Shown here piece by piece: positions 27,001 to 39,000 of a stretch of DNA of 64,000 nt (position 1 is its first letter; each line of letters starts with the position of its first letter). The stretch lies in the NCBI GenBank assembly GCA_040753675.1, contig JBFMEB010000008.1, forward strand, positions 6,736 to 70,735, in the 5' to 3' direction. The stretch is from Candidatus Omnitrophota bacterium (GTDB taxonomy: Bacteria > Omnitrophota > Gorgyraeia > JAHJTE01). The notes beneath the pieces are model-generated. The model saw only the letters and a list, made by a program, of their open reading frames with translations. It was not told where the DNA came from and ran no database searches. Both the position numbers and the translations under genes were made by a program.

Positions 27001-30000
27001 TTTAGAAGATGGCCCTGCCAGGCTCCAAATGCTTCAGGCAAGACTCGAAGAGCTAAAGCTAAGAAGAAAAATAGCTATGCAGGATTTCGAAGAGGCGCCA
27101 ATTAAGGACTTTTTTTCTGAGGCATTGGCTATCCTTGCCCAAATCAAGGATGAATCTTCGGACGAGGAAGTAGAAAAAGCAAAGGCCTTAGTTACAATTG
27201 CTGTTGAACTTAACAAAGCAGGCAATAAAACTAAAGCAAAAGAAATTTTCTCTCAGGCAAATACTGTTATCCAAAATATTAGTCTTGCATATAAAAAAGG
27301 AGAAGCGCTTATTGCTTATGTTTCTGGATTAGTTGAGGCAGGAGAGCTTTCAGAAGCTGAAACAACAGCACAGCTGATTATAAATAACGAGTATCAACCA
27401 ATAGCCCTGGCGATGGTTGCCTCTGGGGTTGCTAAGTTGGGCGATGAGGCTAAAGCCAAGGAGCTCTTCACTCAAGCCATCTCAGTAGCGGAAGAAGTAG
27501 ATAATATAACCTATAGATGGGAAGCCTTTACCGCAATTGCTTCAGAATTAACAAAAGCTGGTAATCTTTCTTTGGCATTAGGCATAGCTAAACGATACGA
27601 TTCCGACCCCAATATTAAAAGAATAATTCTTACTGCTATTGTAATTGAGTTAGCCAAAAGAGGCGAGGTTGATAAGGCCCATACAATAGCCAACCAAATG
27701 GCAAGAGAATCAGAAGGCCTTGCTGCTGTTGTTGCGGCGCTGTCTAAGTCAGGTGATTTCAGCCAAGCCCAAAAAATCTGCAATAAAGAAATTTCTGATA
27801 ATTATTATAAAGCAATAGCATTAGCTGACCTCGCCTATGAATTTGCCAGATCAGGTGACCAGCCAAAAACAGAAGAAACCTTTTCCCAGGCTATTGCAAC
27901 TGCACAAGAGATTGTTAAAAGGCATTGGAGTCACGAATTTTTTGAGCAAGATCTTTTCTCGCGCGCATTAGCTCTTGCTCACATTGCGTTGCAGCAGGCC
28001 AGGGCAAAGTATAAAGCCCAGGCAATGGAAACTTTTGCTGAGGCTTTGCATTATGCTGGTATGAATGGGATACTCATTGCCAACATTGTTGAGAAATTAG
28101 CTGAAACAGGTGAATTATTCTGGGCTACGGCTATAGCCAAAAAGGCTGGAGGTTCAGAGGAGTTTGCACGTATTGCAGCTGGGCTTGCCAGGTTAGCAAA
28201 TAGACCCGAAGAGATCTTAGCTCAGACGATAACACCAAGAGCTAAAGAAATTGCCAACACTGATTATAAATATGAATCAGAGGCTACTAAGGCAATTGCT
28301 GAAGAGTTTGAAAAAATAAGTAAGCTTTTAGGGGCCAATGTAGCTGACCTTGACCAACAAATTGCTTCCCTTGAAGAAGAAATCGCACAGCTTAGTAAGA
28401 TTCTAGCACAACGCACAGCGGACAGCACGCAGGACAACGCATTGCCTGAGGCTGTCTCTGATTCGCAGACGCCATTCAGTAGGGCAAAAAGTCTCTTGGA
28501 ATCAATCCAAGCTCCTCAGAAAGTAGAAGCTCAAAATAGACCTTTTGGTATTGAGGTTGAATTAGAAAAAAGTTCATCTTTCCAGGGAATTAGTATTAAG
28601 TGGGAATATGAGTACTATAATTGGACATTACCTGACCCAGAAAAAATGCATATTGAAGATGAGCCACATACTGGTTACTACGGGGATTCATATGTCAGAT
28701 GCATTGTTATCTGGCATAGCAGAAACGTAACAGACATTGAATTATTAGAATTCGTTTTAGCGCAGGATATCTGGGGAGATAAAGATGGCAAATTTTCTCT
28801 CGCTGATAAAAAACGAGTTGAGGACTTATTGACAGAATTAAAACAAGAACCTGAGAGTTGGCAAGACCGATATCGAAAAGCGAAAGATAGTGGGGCCAGC
28901 TACGAAGAAGCTGGACTTCTTGGTCTTGCTGCGACTACGCTGACTCAGCAAGTTGATAATATAACCTTGTATATTCTCGCGGCGGTCTGCCTTGGTTTGC
29001 TTTGGGCTAACTGGCGCGTTGTCAAAATAATTATTGACAGGTTTTCGAATTTAATTAAAGAAGCTAAACAGGCATTGTTTGATGTCGCTTTCAGCGTTTT
29101 ATTCCATTTCTTAGTGATAGGAGGCTTAACTGACTTCGCACTGCTCAAAGTTCTTGGAGAAAAAACCTTGAGTCTTTTAGGGCAATTAACGCATTATCCG
29201 AAAGCAATTATAGAATTTTTAGGGCATGCCAAAGATGCTGTCTATTTTATTATCAGTCAACTTGCAGCATTGACAGCTGCTTTAGCCGGAATAGATATTT
29301 CTTATCCTGGGTTAGCAACAAGTTTGTGTTTTCTTATGGCGATTCTTAGCGTTACAGCTTTATCTGGTTTTGGAGTAGCTTCATTTATTAGTAAGTTGTT
29401 AAGAAAACTGCAAGAACAGCGTGAGAATAGTATGTGGAAGTTTATCAGGCGGCTAGTAATAGCTTCTACTTTTGCTTTTGTTGTTGACGGCGTTAATGCA
29501 AGCTTTGCTAATGACCCAGAAGTCCATAAGTTTGCTATTTATATTCTCGGCGCTTCGTGCATTGGTTTGGCTTGGTTAAATGTGCGCGTTTTCCAGATGA
29601 TTATTAGCCGTATAACAAGTTTAACTAAAGAAACCTTGCAGGCGTTGATTGAAATTATCGGCAGAATTTCGTGTTATGCATTAGTAGCAGGGTTAATATT
29701 AGATACTGCTGTACTTGCAATTTTAGAAAGGCAATCGCTAACCGTTTTAAAAGTGGTAACTCATTTCTTTGGAATTATTGGTGAGTTTTTGTGGCAAGCA
29801 AAAGATATATTTTATTTTGGCATAACTCAAATCGCTACGTTGATAGCTTATTTGAGCAACGTTCAGAGGCCTATTGATTTTAGAGATTCCACAAGCCTTT
29901 ATTTTCTTGCAGCATTTCTTAGCGTAACAGCTATATGCGGTTTTGGTGTAGCTGCGAATATCAGCAAATTGTTAAGATGGGTGCAAAAAAAGAGAGAGGT

Positions 30001-33000
30001 GAACCTGCGGAAATTTATTGTGCGGTTAGCCACGGTTGGCCTTTTGGCTTTTGCAGTGAATAAAGGTTATAAATTTTTAACCAATAACGTCCAGGCTCAA
30101 ACAGTGGCGTCAGGCACAGCTAAAACACCAGTTAAGCAGATAAAAATAGGAGAACGAAAATGGTGGCAGTTGGTAGAAAAGAAGAGCCGTTTAATTAAAG
30201 CCACTGCTAATGATTATAACTTAGAGCCGTCTTTATTGGCTGCTTATCTTCTCAAGGTAGCAACGGATAAAGAAATAGAAGGTGAAAGTATAGAAACGAT
30301 AGAATTTGTGTTTACTGCCGTAGGCATGGATAGGGTTGCTAAAAGCTTACCTCGTTTCGCACAGGTCGAAGCACCTGCGCAAGTTAGAGTATATATGGAA
30401 GAAATCGAGCGCGCAGGAATATTTTCTAAGTCTACGAGTTTAAGTTTTATTCTGCCGGATTCTTCAGCTGTAATGTGTTTCATTCCTTTGGCGTTGACTT
30501 CAACTGGTCAACTGCCTCATCCTGATTTCAACTTTATTATTGCTGTTTTAGGGGTTGGGTTGTTAATTGCACTACTTTCAAGTAGATTGGCTGGCCCCGT
30601 TAGAAAGATTATTTTCGTCGCAAGTCAATCTTTACCTCAATCCGTGGCTGGTGGGGAGAATTGGCTACTTTCTAACGGGGCTGGTCCCGAACGAAGTATC
30701 TCTTTGGAGAGAAACGTCGGGATCCCGAAGAGTGACCAGAGTAGTCACTTCATTCGGGATGGGAAGCAGAGATCTAATAGTGCGGGGCTGTTTAGTTGGC
30801 AATCTGTGTTAATCCAGTTTTTGAATCTGTGTTCATCTGTGTCTTTAGCGGCTTTGGTATTTTTATTTTTTAATAGCAGGGAAGCGCTTGCCCCGTTAGA
30901 AATTTTAGGTCTGTTACAAGGACTATTTCTAATGGGGTTTGGCTTGACTGTGGTTAATACCAGGGCGTCTATAACTACTCATACGAAATTTGATAAACTC
31001 CAATTACAGGGCGAAAAGGTTTACGTTACGAAGCCCACGATTATTAGCCAAACTTTAGAAAAGAGGTATTTAGGTGCTTCTGCAATAGCTAAGTTAGAAG
31101 AGGTTTTAGGCAAAAGATTAGGCCAAGAAAAAGATTTAAGATACGGCCTACTTTCAATTAAAGGCAGGAGCGATTTTACATTAATTGTTGAAGAAGGCGA
31201 GTTTGGCGAAAAGATTTTAGTGATTAATGCTGGTGATTCTTTAAGTGAAAGAGACAGAGTAAATCTCTTATTAGAAGTTTTATATACTATAAATGCTGCT
31301 CCCCGCAGTAAACAAGCAAAAAGTTATAGAGATTTAGATTTTACTACTACACAAGACACATTTGATTATCGTAAAGGAGACTGGGGAGTTAGACAGGCTC
31401 AAGTGAATTGGGCAGCTTGCGATAACTGCGATTATTGTGTTGCTGCTTGCCCGGACAAGGCATTAATAATTGATAATAAAGGTGATTTTATTGGCGTTGA
31501 TTTAGACCATTGCTCTGAATGCGAGATGTGTGCCCGTGCCTGTCCAACAGGTGCAATTAGTCTTTATCCGAAGGAAACAATCGCGCCTTTTAGAACCAGA
31601 TTAAACAAAGAAATAGGTGAGCGCACCATAATTGATGAAGAATTGGCAAATCAATTAGGAGAATTTTTATCAGGAACCTTAGAGCCAGAGTTTAAAATAG
31701 GAAATTTAAATTTAAAGAAACATTATCAAAGCCAAACTCTGTTACAAATAGAATTAAATAATCCTTTTACACAGGTGTCTATACTTCTTACTTTAAATAG
31801 AGATAATACTTCTTGGCGAATCGCATATATGAGGTCGCTTAAGAGAATAACGGTGTTTTCTAAAGATGTACTTGAGCTGGAAATGGCAAATAGATTTCAA
31901 TCCGAAGGTTATAGTGTAAATCTTATTGATAGTAAACCAGAGCTTTTACGTCGACTTAAAACTGCAGATATGGATTTAGTAGTAGCAGCCAGGGAGGATA
32001 TGTTGCCTTTAGGATTACGCAGACAGATTTTCCAGGTTACTAATTATCCTTTACTAACACCAGAAGGAAACAGAATTAATCCGACGCGGGATAAGGTTAT
32101 TGATGCGATAATGCAGGAGTTTGCAGATAAATTTACTTCCCAAAGTCCTGATTATATTGATGAGGCAGTCAGCTTTGTCAAAAAATGGATGGCTGGTTTA
32201 GAAGGAGGAATTTCAGCTGGCTCGCGCCTTTGCCAAGGTTGCCCTCAGCCAAAGATTATGGAAAGGACATTGATGGCGATTGAGGCATTAAGCAGAAGAG
32301 AAGATAAAGAGCTAAAACGGGTTATCTTAATTAATACTGGTTGTGCTACTGCTTCAGGAATTTCCGAAACTTACGGCGTGATATTTAAAGATCCGGCATT
32401 ACGGCCTGGTTTTGGTTTCGCTGTTTCAGCTGCAAGCGGCGTTAGCGCAGCAATAGAATTTTTAAAGCAGGCAGAAAAAATTTCTCCTAATACTCGTTTT
32501 GAGGTTATTGTCTTTAGTGGAGAAGGCGGCACAGTAGATATTGGCTTGCAACCTCTCTTAGCTGCTGCTGGTCGGGGTCATCGCATACGATATATCTGCT
32601 TTGATAATGAGGCATATATGAATACTGGAAGACAGCAGTCTGGCTCAACACCTCCAGGAGCATTTACTACTACAACTTATGGAGGTGAGGTAATTCCAGG
32701 AAAGGCGCGTTCCCGCCGAAACGTTACTGATTATTTAGCTACACATTTAGATGTTTTAGTTGTTGAGACTAATCCTGAAGTAGAGCATCATTTTATCCAC
32801 TCTTTAGAGATGGCTTTTGAGCACGATGGATTTAGCTTTTTAAATGTTGCGGCATTCTGTCCGCCAGGGTTACAATTTTCAACAGAACGCGGCAGAGATG
32901 TGTCGTATTTGAAGACTTTAAGCGGGATGTTTCCTTTAACCCGCAGATTAAGAGGTCAGGCTGAGATAGAACTTCCAGCTGGTGCTTCAGTGAGAAAGGA

Positions 33001-36000
33001 ACTTTTAAAGAGAGGCCAAGTCCAATTCTTAAAACCAGCATTTGAAGATAGTTTGCTTGTCTGGATGAGCAGCCAACCAGAATTTAAAATTTTCTTTGAG
33101 GGTGAAGGCAAGTCCTTGGTTGATAAAAAAGGCACACTTAAATTAAAATCAGAATTTAGTATATTGGCAGATACCTTAATTCATCTTATTCCTGTAATAA
33201 GGGTAATGAAGGAAGAAGGCAGATTCAGCCATTTATTTGACAGAAAGACAAAGAACTTAAAAGACGAGGTTCGGCCTCTGTTTATGTTAAATCAGTTAGA
33301 TGTGGTTATACGTTGGTTAATGTTACTGCAAAAAGACAAGCGTTTTATTGCTAATGCAAGAGATATACAGCAGGCAATAGAAGAATTAACCAAGATTCGT
33401 GAGAAAGCCAAGATTGATATACGGGAAAATTATCTTACTGCCTTAAGAAAAGCTAAAGAAAAATTTAGAGCTATATCAGAGGAAGAAAAGATAAGAGTGG
33501 ATGAAGAGTTAAGAGATAAAAATGCCCAGCTCTTGGGAAAAGATGAATTAAAGATTCGTTGGCATAGTTTTGCAGGCCAAGGTGCTCAAGTCGGAGTTAA
33601 AACTTTAGGTACAATTCTGCATCTTTTAGGATTCTACTCGCTTGCCTGGTTGAGATTCGGTCCCGAAAGGCGCGGAGCGCCAACTGCTGGCTTTAATAGA
33701 TTTAGCGGCAGCCCTATTTTAGACCGCTCAGAATTTACTACTTCTGAAATCGATATTGTCTTAAACACACAGCATTTGCGTACTCCTACCTTAAGACAAG
33801 GAATATTAGGCGGATTAAAGCCAGGCGGGATACTTATTGTTAATACTAAACTAAAAGCCCAAGCTTTGCGCGAAGAATTCAATATAACTCAAGATTTAAT
33901 TATATACACAGTTGATTTGTCCGGAATTGCTAAGCAGGAATTAGGCAATCGAAATTTGATAAGCATAGCCTGTCTTGCTCCATTTATTAGAGTGTTAGGT
34001 GATTTAGACATAGATATGGAAGCTTGCGATATAGAAGCAATAATTAAAAAAGACCTTTCAAGCCAATTTGCCACGCGGCCTCATCTGGTGCAAGCTAATA
34101 TGAGGGCTTTTGAGAGAGCAAAGAATGAAATTATAAGAGAGAATGATAAAGAAATACAAGCACTAACACCAAAGACCTATGATGTTAAAGCGCCTTCGAT
34201 AAATATGAAATTTTTAACTGGTAATGAAGCATCTGCCTTGGCAATAATGCAGAATAAGCCTGGTGTTTTAGGGGTTTATCCGATTACACCTTCCACAGTG
34301 GCAGCTGAATTAATCGCTGAAGAGATAGCCCAAGGTAAATGCGATACAGTCTTGGTTATTGTTGAGGCAGAAGATTCAGCTCAGGCCTCTGTAATAGGTG
34401 CACAAGCAATGGGTGTGGACGCAGTTACTATTACCGCATCCCAAGGATTATTACGTATGCATGAGTTATTACCTTTAGCCAGCGGTTTTGGCTTACCTAT
34501 AGTTATGTATGTAAGCGCGCGCGGAATAAGCAGACGAGAGCTTACTATCTTTGATGACTTATCAGATACCCTGATGCAGCGAGATAGCGGCTGGATTCAG
34601 GTCTATTGTTCTAATGCTCAGGAACTTTACGATATGATGATTATGGCACCGTTAATTGCCAAGTCTATTAAAGCGCCTATTATGGTAATTGCTGATGGTT
34701 TTGCTATAAGCCATACCCGAGAATTAGCTTATACTTTAAGCGAAGAACAGGTAGACAAATTTAAGGAAAGTATAATTGTGCCTAAACAGGAAGAGTGGGT
34801 CGGAACTTTTGGTCCGGGTTCAGCGCCGTCAGATTATACTGAAGGCGTGGTAAGGGAGGCAAGATTGATTGAGCAAGGTCCATTAAAAATAGAAAGAATT
34901 TTTAAAGCATTCCAAGAATTTACCGGCCGCTCTTATAGACTGATACAGGAATATGGCGAAGATGATGCAAATGTTGCGATTATGCTTATGGCTGTAACTG
35001 CAAATACCGCGCAAGTAGCTATTGATAATTCCCAAAGCAAAGGCATGAAGGCAAAGTTAATCGTTCCTAAGGTTCTTATTCCGTTCCCTAAGAAAGAACT
35101 TATTGAGGCAGTGGAAGGAGTTGAGGCAATGTATGTGCTTGACAGAGCAATAACTCCTGGCGGAAGAGGCGCGCCTTTATTCAGTTTGGTTTCAGGCGCT
35201 TTAATAAACTTAAGAGAGAGGCCGATAGTTAGCAACGCAGTCTTAGGCTTAGGTGGCAGAAGGCCAAAACCAGAACTTTTAATGAAACTCTTAGATAGAG
35301 CAGATATTTTAAGACAAAGCACAATAGCGCTTACTGAGACAACAATATTTGATTCTCCCGAGTTAAATATTCTACTTAATGAATTAAGCTGGTTACACGT
35401 AAGAGATATAGAAAGAGAGCATCCTAATTTCTTTCCCAGCCAAGAGACTCTTCAAGGATATCGAGAAGATTATTTAAGAAGAATGCTCGCCTTTTTAAAA
35501 GAACGAGATTACACTAACTTCTTAGGCATACCTGAATATCCGGATGTGCGTGAAGGCATCATAAATGAGCAAGAAATCAGATGGCAGATTATAGAATTAA
35601 TTGAAAGCTCTCGCAGTAAAAACACTTCCTCCCTCACTGGCATCTTACCCCAAGGCCAATTAGAAATCACTCCTGTCTCTGCTGGCATTCGTTCTGGCTT
35701 GAGTCAAGAAGTAAATACTTACCTTGCCAAAAAACAATTAATAACATTAGGACTCGTCTTAGAAGGCCTACCTGAAGAATTAGTAAATCGCATAGTAGAA
35801 TTAACTTTAGATGACTTTAACATTGAAAATATCTATAGCGGACGAGAAATCGCTTCAACCACTCCTGGCTGGTTTACTATTATCCGTAACGGAAATATTA
35901 TTTTTAGAGAGGATTATCTTATCCATCTCTTGGATAAAGGCAATTTCAGAGATATGTTTATTGCGATATTGCATGAAAGAATAGAGTCCAGAATAAAACA

Positions 36001-39000
36001 AATTTTAGAGCAAGCAGGTGTAAGAGATAATTATACCAGCCAACAGATTCATCAGAGAGTTGAAGCATTTATTGCTATGAATTTTGGCGCAAGCAGAATA
36101 AGTCCGGACTTAAGCCGAACCGCTTTTGAAGCAATCACCTGGGATGTTTTAACCAGAGGGCCGCCTGTTTTAAGCTTACAATCTCTATTCATCGCAAAAT
36201 TAGAAGAAAGGGGAAGTTTATCTAAGGAAGATGCGCAAATTTTAGTAGAAGATTTAAGCATAATTGATGAATTACTTGAGTCTGGCTATGCAGGTGTAGT
36301 TTTTGAAAATGATAAATATGTAGACTTCGGCATTAAGCATATAAAGCTTGCAGAATCAGATGTTGCAAGATTCCCGCAAAATTCTGGCTCTTATCTAATT
36401 AGTTCAATAAACAATATTGAGGAAGGCACAGGAATATTTAAGGCCTATATTGGTAACGAAGCAATTCCAGCAATAAGGGATATTGCCGGATTAGATAAAA
36501 ATTTCAATTTAAATAGAGGGGAGAGGCTATATCTGATAGGAAAAGTTGGGCTTCCTTTATTTATCGCTATTGGCTTAGAGCGAAATATCCAGGATGAAAT
36601 ATTATATTTAAGTCCTTATGCAAAAAGAACCCATAGTTTAGTGTTTGAAATATTAAATACTATCTCCAAGTCTTCGCCAATACAACACTATATCAATCGT
36701 CCTTATGAGAGGTATGTCGAAGCCGGGCTTATGGATAACGAAGAGCAGAGCACAACTTGGTCGCGCACCTCATCTTGGGCAGAGCAAATGGCAGAGTTTG
36801 ACCCAACTAAATGCGTGAACTGCCAGCATTGCGTTACGCGTTGTCCAGATTCAGCTTTCAAATTAGAAATCAGAGATGGACGCGTCTATATTCTTGGGAT
36901 TGATGAAGACCATTGCAAGGGTTGCTCAATATGCGTGGGCGCCTGTCAAGACCAAGGTCACAACGCTATCAGAATGAGAGATAAAACTAACCAAGAACCG
37001 CTATCTTTATTAAGCAGACCAAAACTTTGGAAAATAAAGATTAATGAGCCTGAATCTGGCGCAATTTATGGATTCATTGCCAAAACAATAGGAGAAGATT
37101 CACAAATTATTGGTAACTTAGAGATAAATAAGGTCTATGCAGATGAGAAGATTTCTCAATTTGAAATTGGGCCTAAAGGCCTATCAACTCAATTTAGGCA
37201 TGGAGTTTATACCTTTATCAGGAGAGGAAATGAAATAGAGTTAATCATCCGGCCGAAAGAAATAATTCTAATTTATGGAACATCAGCTAAAGAATTAGAT
37301 ATGATTAGGCCATTACAAGAGATGGGCTATTCTGTGCAGGTTTCACCTTATTTGTGGCAGGAGTACGGACAGTTTATTCACCCCTTATTAATTGAAAGGG
37401 AAGTTTTTGATTGGTTAAGAAAAGAGCTGGAGTTGGCGCAGATAAGCCCACAAGATGAAGTTAGCTATTCTAAAGTAAGAGGTGAAGCGAAGAGAGTGAG
37501 GCAGGATTTGAAAGATAAGGGCATAAATTCACATTTTGATTATGTGTTAACGCGCGAGAGAGAAAATGTGCATATGAGTGTTAATCGTCTGTTCTTCTAT
37601 ATTAGTGGCTTTCCTGTTATTTCTCCAGATGCAACTGCAACAAGTCGAAAGACTGATATTGATAATTTTCTGGATTCTTTATTTGAAGACACAAAACAGA
37701 CTGAACAAGAGATACTGGGCTCTTTCCAGGAACAACTTGCACCTTATATGGATTCATTTGGCGGCGGTCATGGTTTGTGCCGAGGCTGCGATGCTGGAAT
37801 TGTAGCTCGGAATGTTTTTGCTGTGGCTATACATACTGCAAGAAAACAAGGTAAATCTGTGCGTTTAATTATTGCCGGAGCCACTGGCTGTCTTGAGGTT
37901 GCTACTACTGCCCAGCAGACATCATATTTTCCCAGAAGCGCAGCTGGATACAGAGTTAAGGGTGCTTATTTCCACAGTTGCTTTGGCAACTTAGGTGCAA
38001 CATTGACTGGTATATACCGGGCAATTAAAATACGCAGACGAAAAGGCGAGATTCCAGAAGATGAAATAGTAATTATCATTGGTCTTGCTGGTGACGGAGG
38101 CACTGCTGATATTGGCATTCAGGCTTTGTCAGGCGCTTGGGAAAGGAGAGAAAATATTATTTACCTTGAATATAATAATGAAGCTTATATGAATACTGGA
38201 ATTCAAGGCTCAGGTCAAACTTCTTACTTGGGTCGCACTACTACAACTGAAGAGGGAAAACGTCAGTGGCCAAAGAATGTGCCGGCAATACTATGGGCGC
38301 ATCATCGGGTTGGTTCAAATACCTATATTGCGGCTGGCGCAACCAGTCAGATGCACGATTTGCATCAAAAGTTCAGAAAGGCAATTGAGCATTATTTATC
38401 TGGCAAAGGTCCGTCATTTATTGAGGTGTTTGCTTCTTGCGTGCCAGGTCATCGTATACAGCCCGAAGAGGCAAATAAAATAAAAGATATGGAATTGGCT
38501 ACTGGTGCAGTGGTAGCCTGCGAATATGTAGATGGCCTGATTAGGATAGCTCCATTTACGCCTGAGAGAAGCAGCCGCTTACCAATAAATGAATCCTTAA
38601 TCTTACAGGGAAGATTGCGTCCGGCGTTAACCCGACCAGACCTTGTGGCAGAGCTCCAACACACAGTAGATTTATATCTTGATTTTTATCATCGCCAACA
38701 CAGGCAAACCTTCCGTACCGACGGTATATTACGTGCACTTTTTGATCTCTGGCAAGAGCAAAAAAATAATCTTGCACTTTTCCAAGAGGCAACTACTGAG
38801 GATTTACAGCAGGATTTATTTGCCGATATTAGAGAAGCCCAGCGCGAACTTTTAGGCAATATACGTAAACTTATTAGTCAAAGTCGAACCCTGGAGGAAA
38901 TAGAAGGAGAACTTCCAGTTAGTCTTGATTATACCAGGTTAGTTAGTGATGAAGAATTAAAGGCTGCATACAGAAAACATGCCTTGAAATTTGAAAAAAT

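Noticed and set aside
30160-30290. Lytic transglycosylase (SLT)-like start LIKATANDYNLEPSLLAA
   Set aside because: The catalytic ES and GLMQ motifs are not present, and the match is too short to call.
30594-30937. CRISPR array, tRNA or intrinsic terminator interpretation of the hairpins
   Set aside because: There is no regular repeat-spacer periodicity, no cloverleaf and no clear U-tract after the stems. I saw no rRNA, tRNA, cas or transposase gene in the window.
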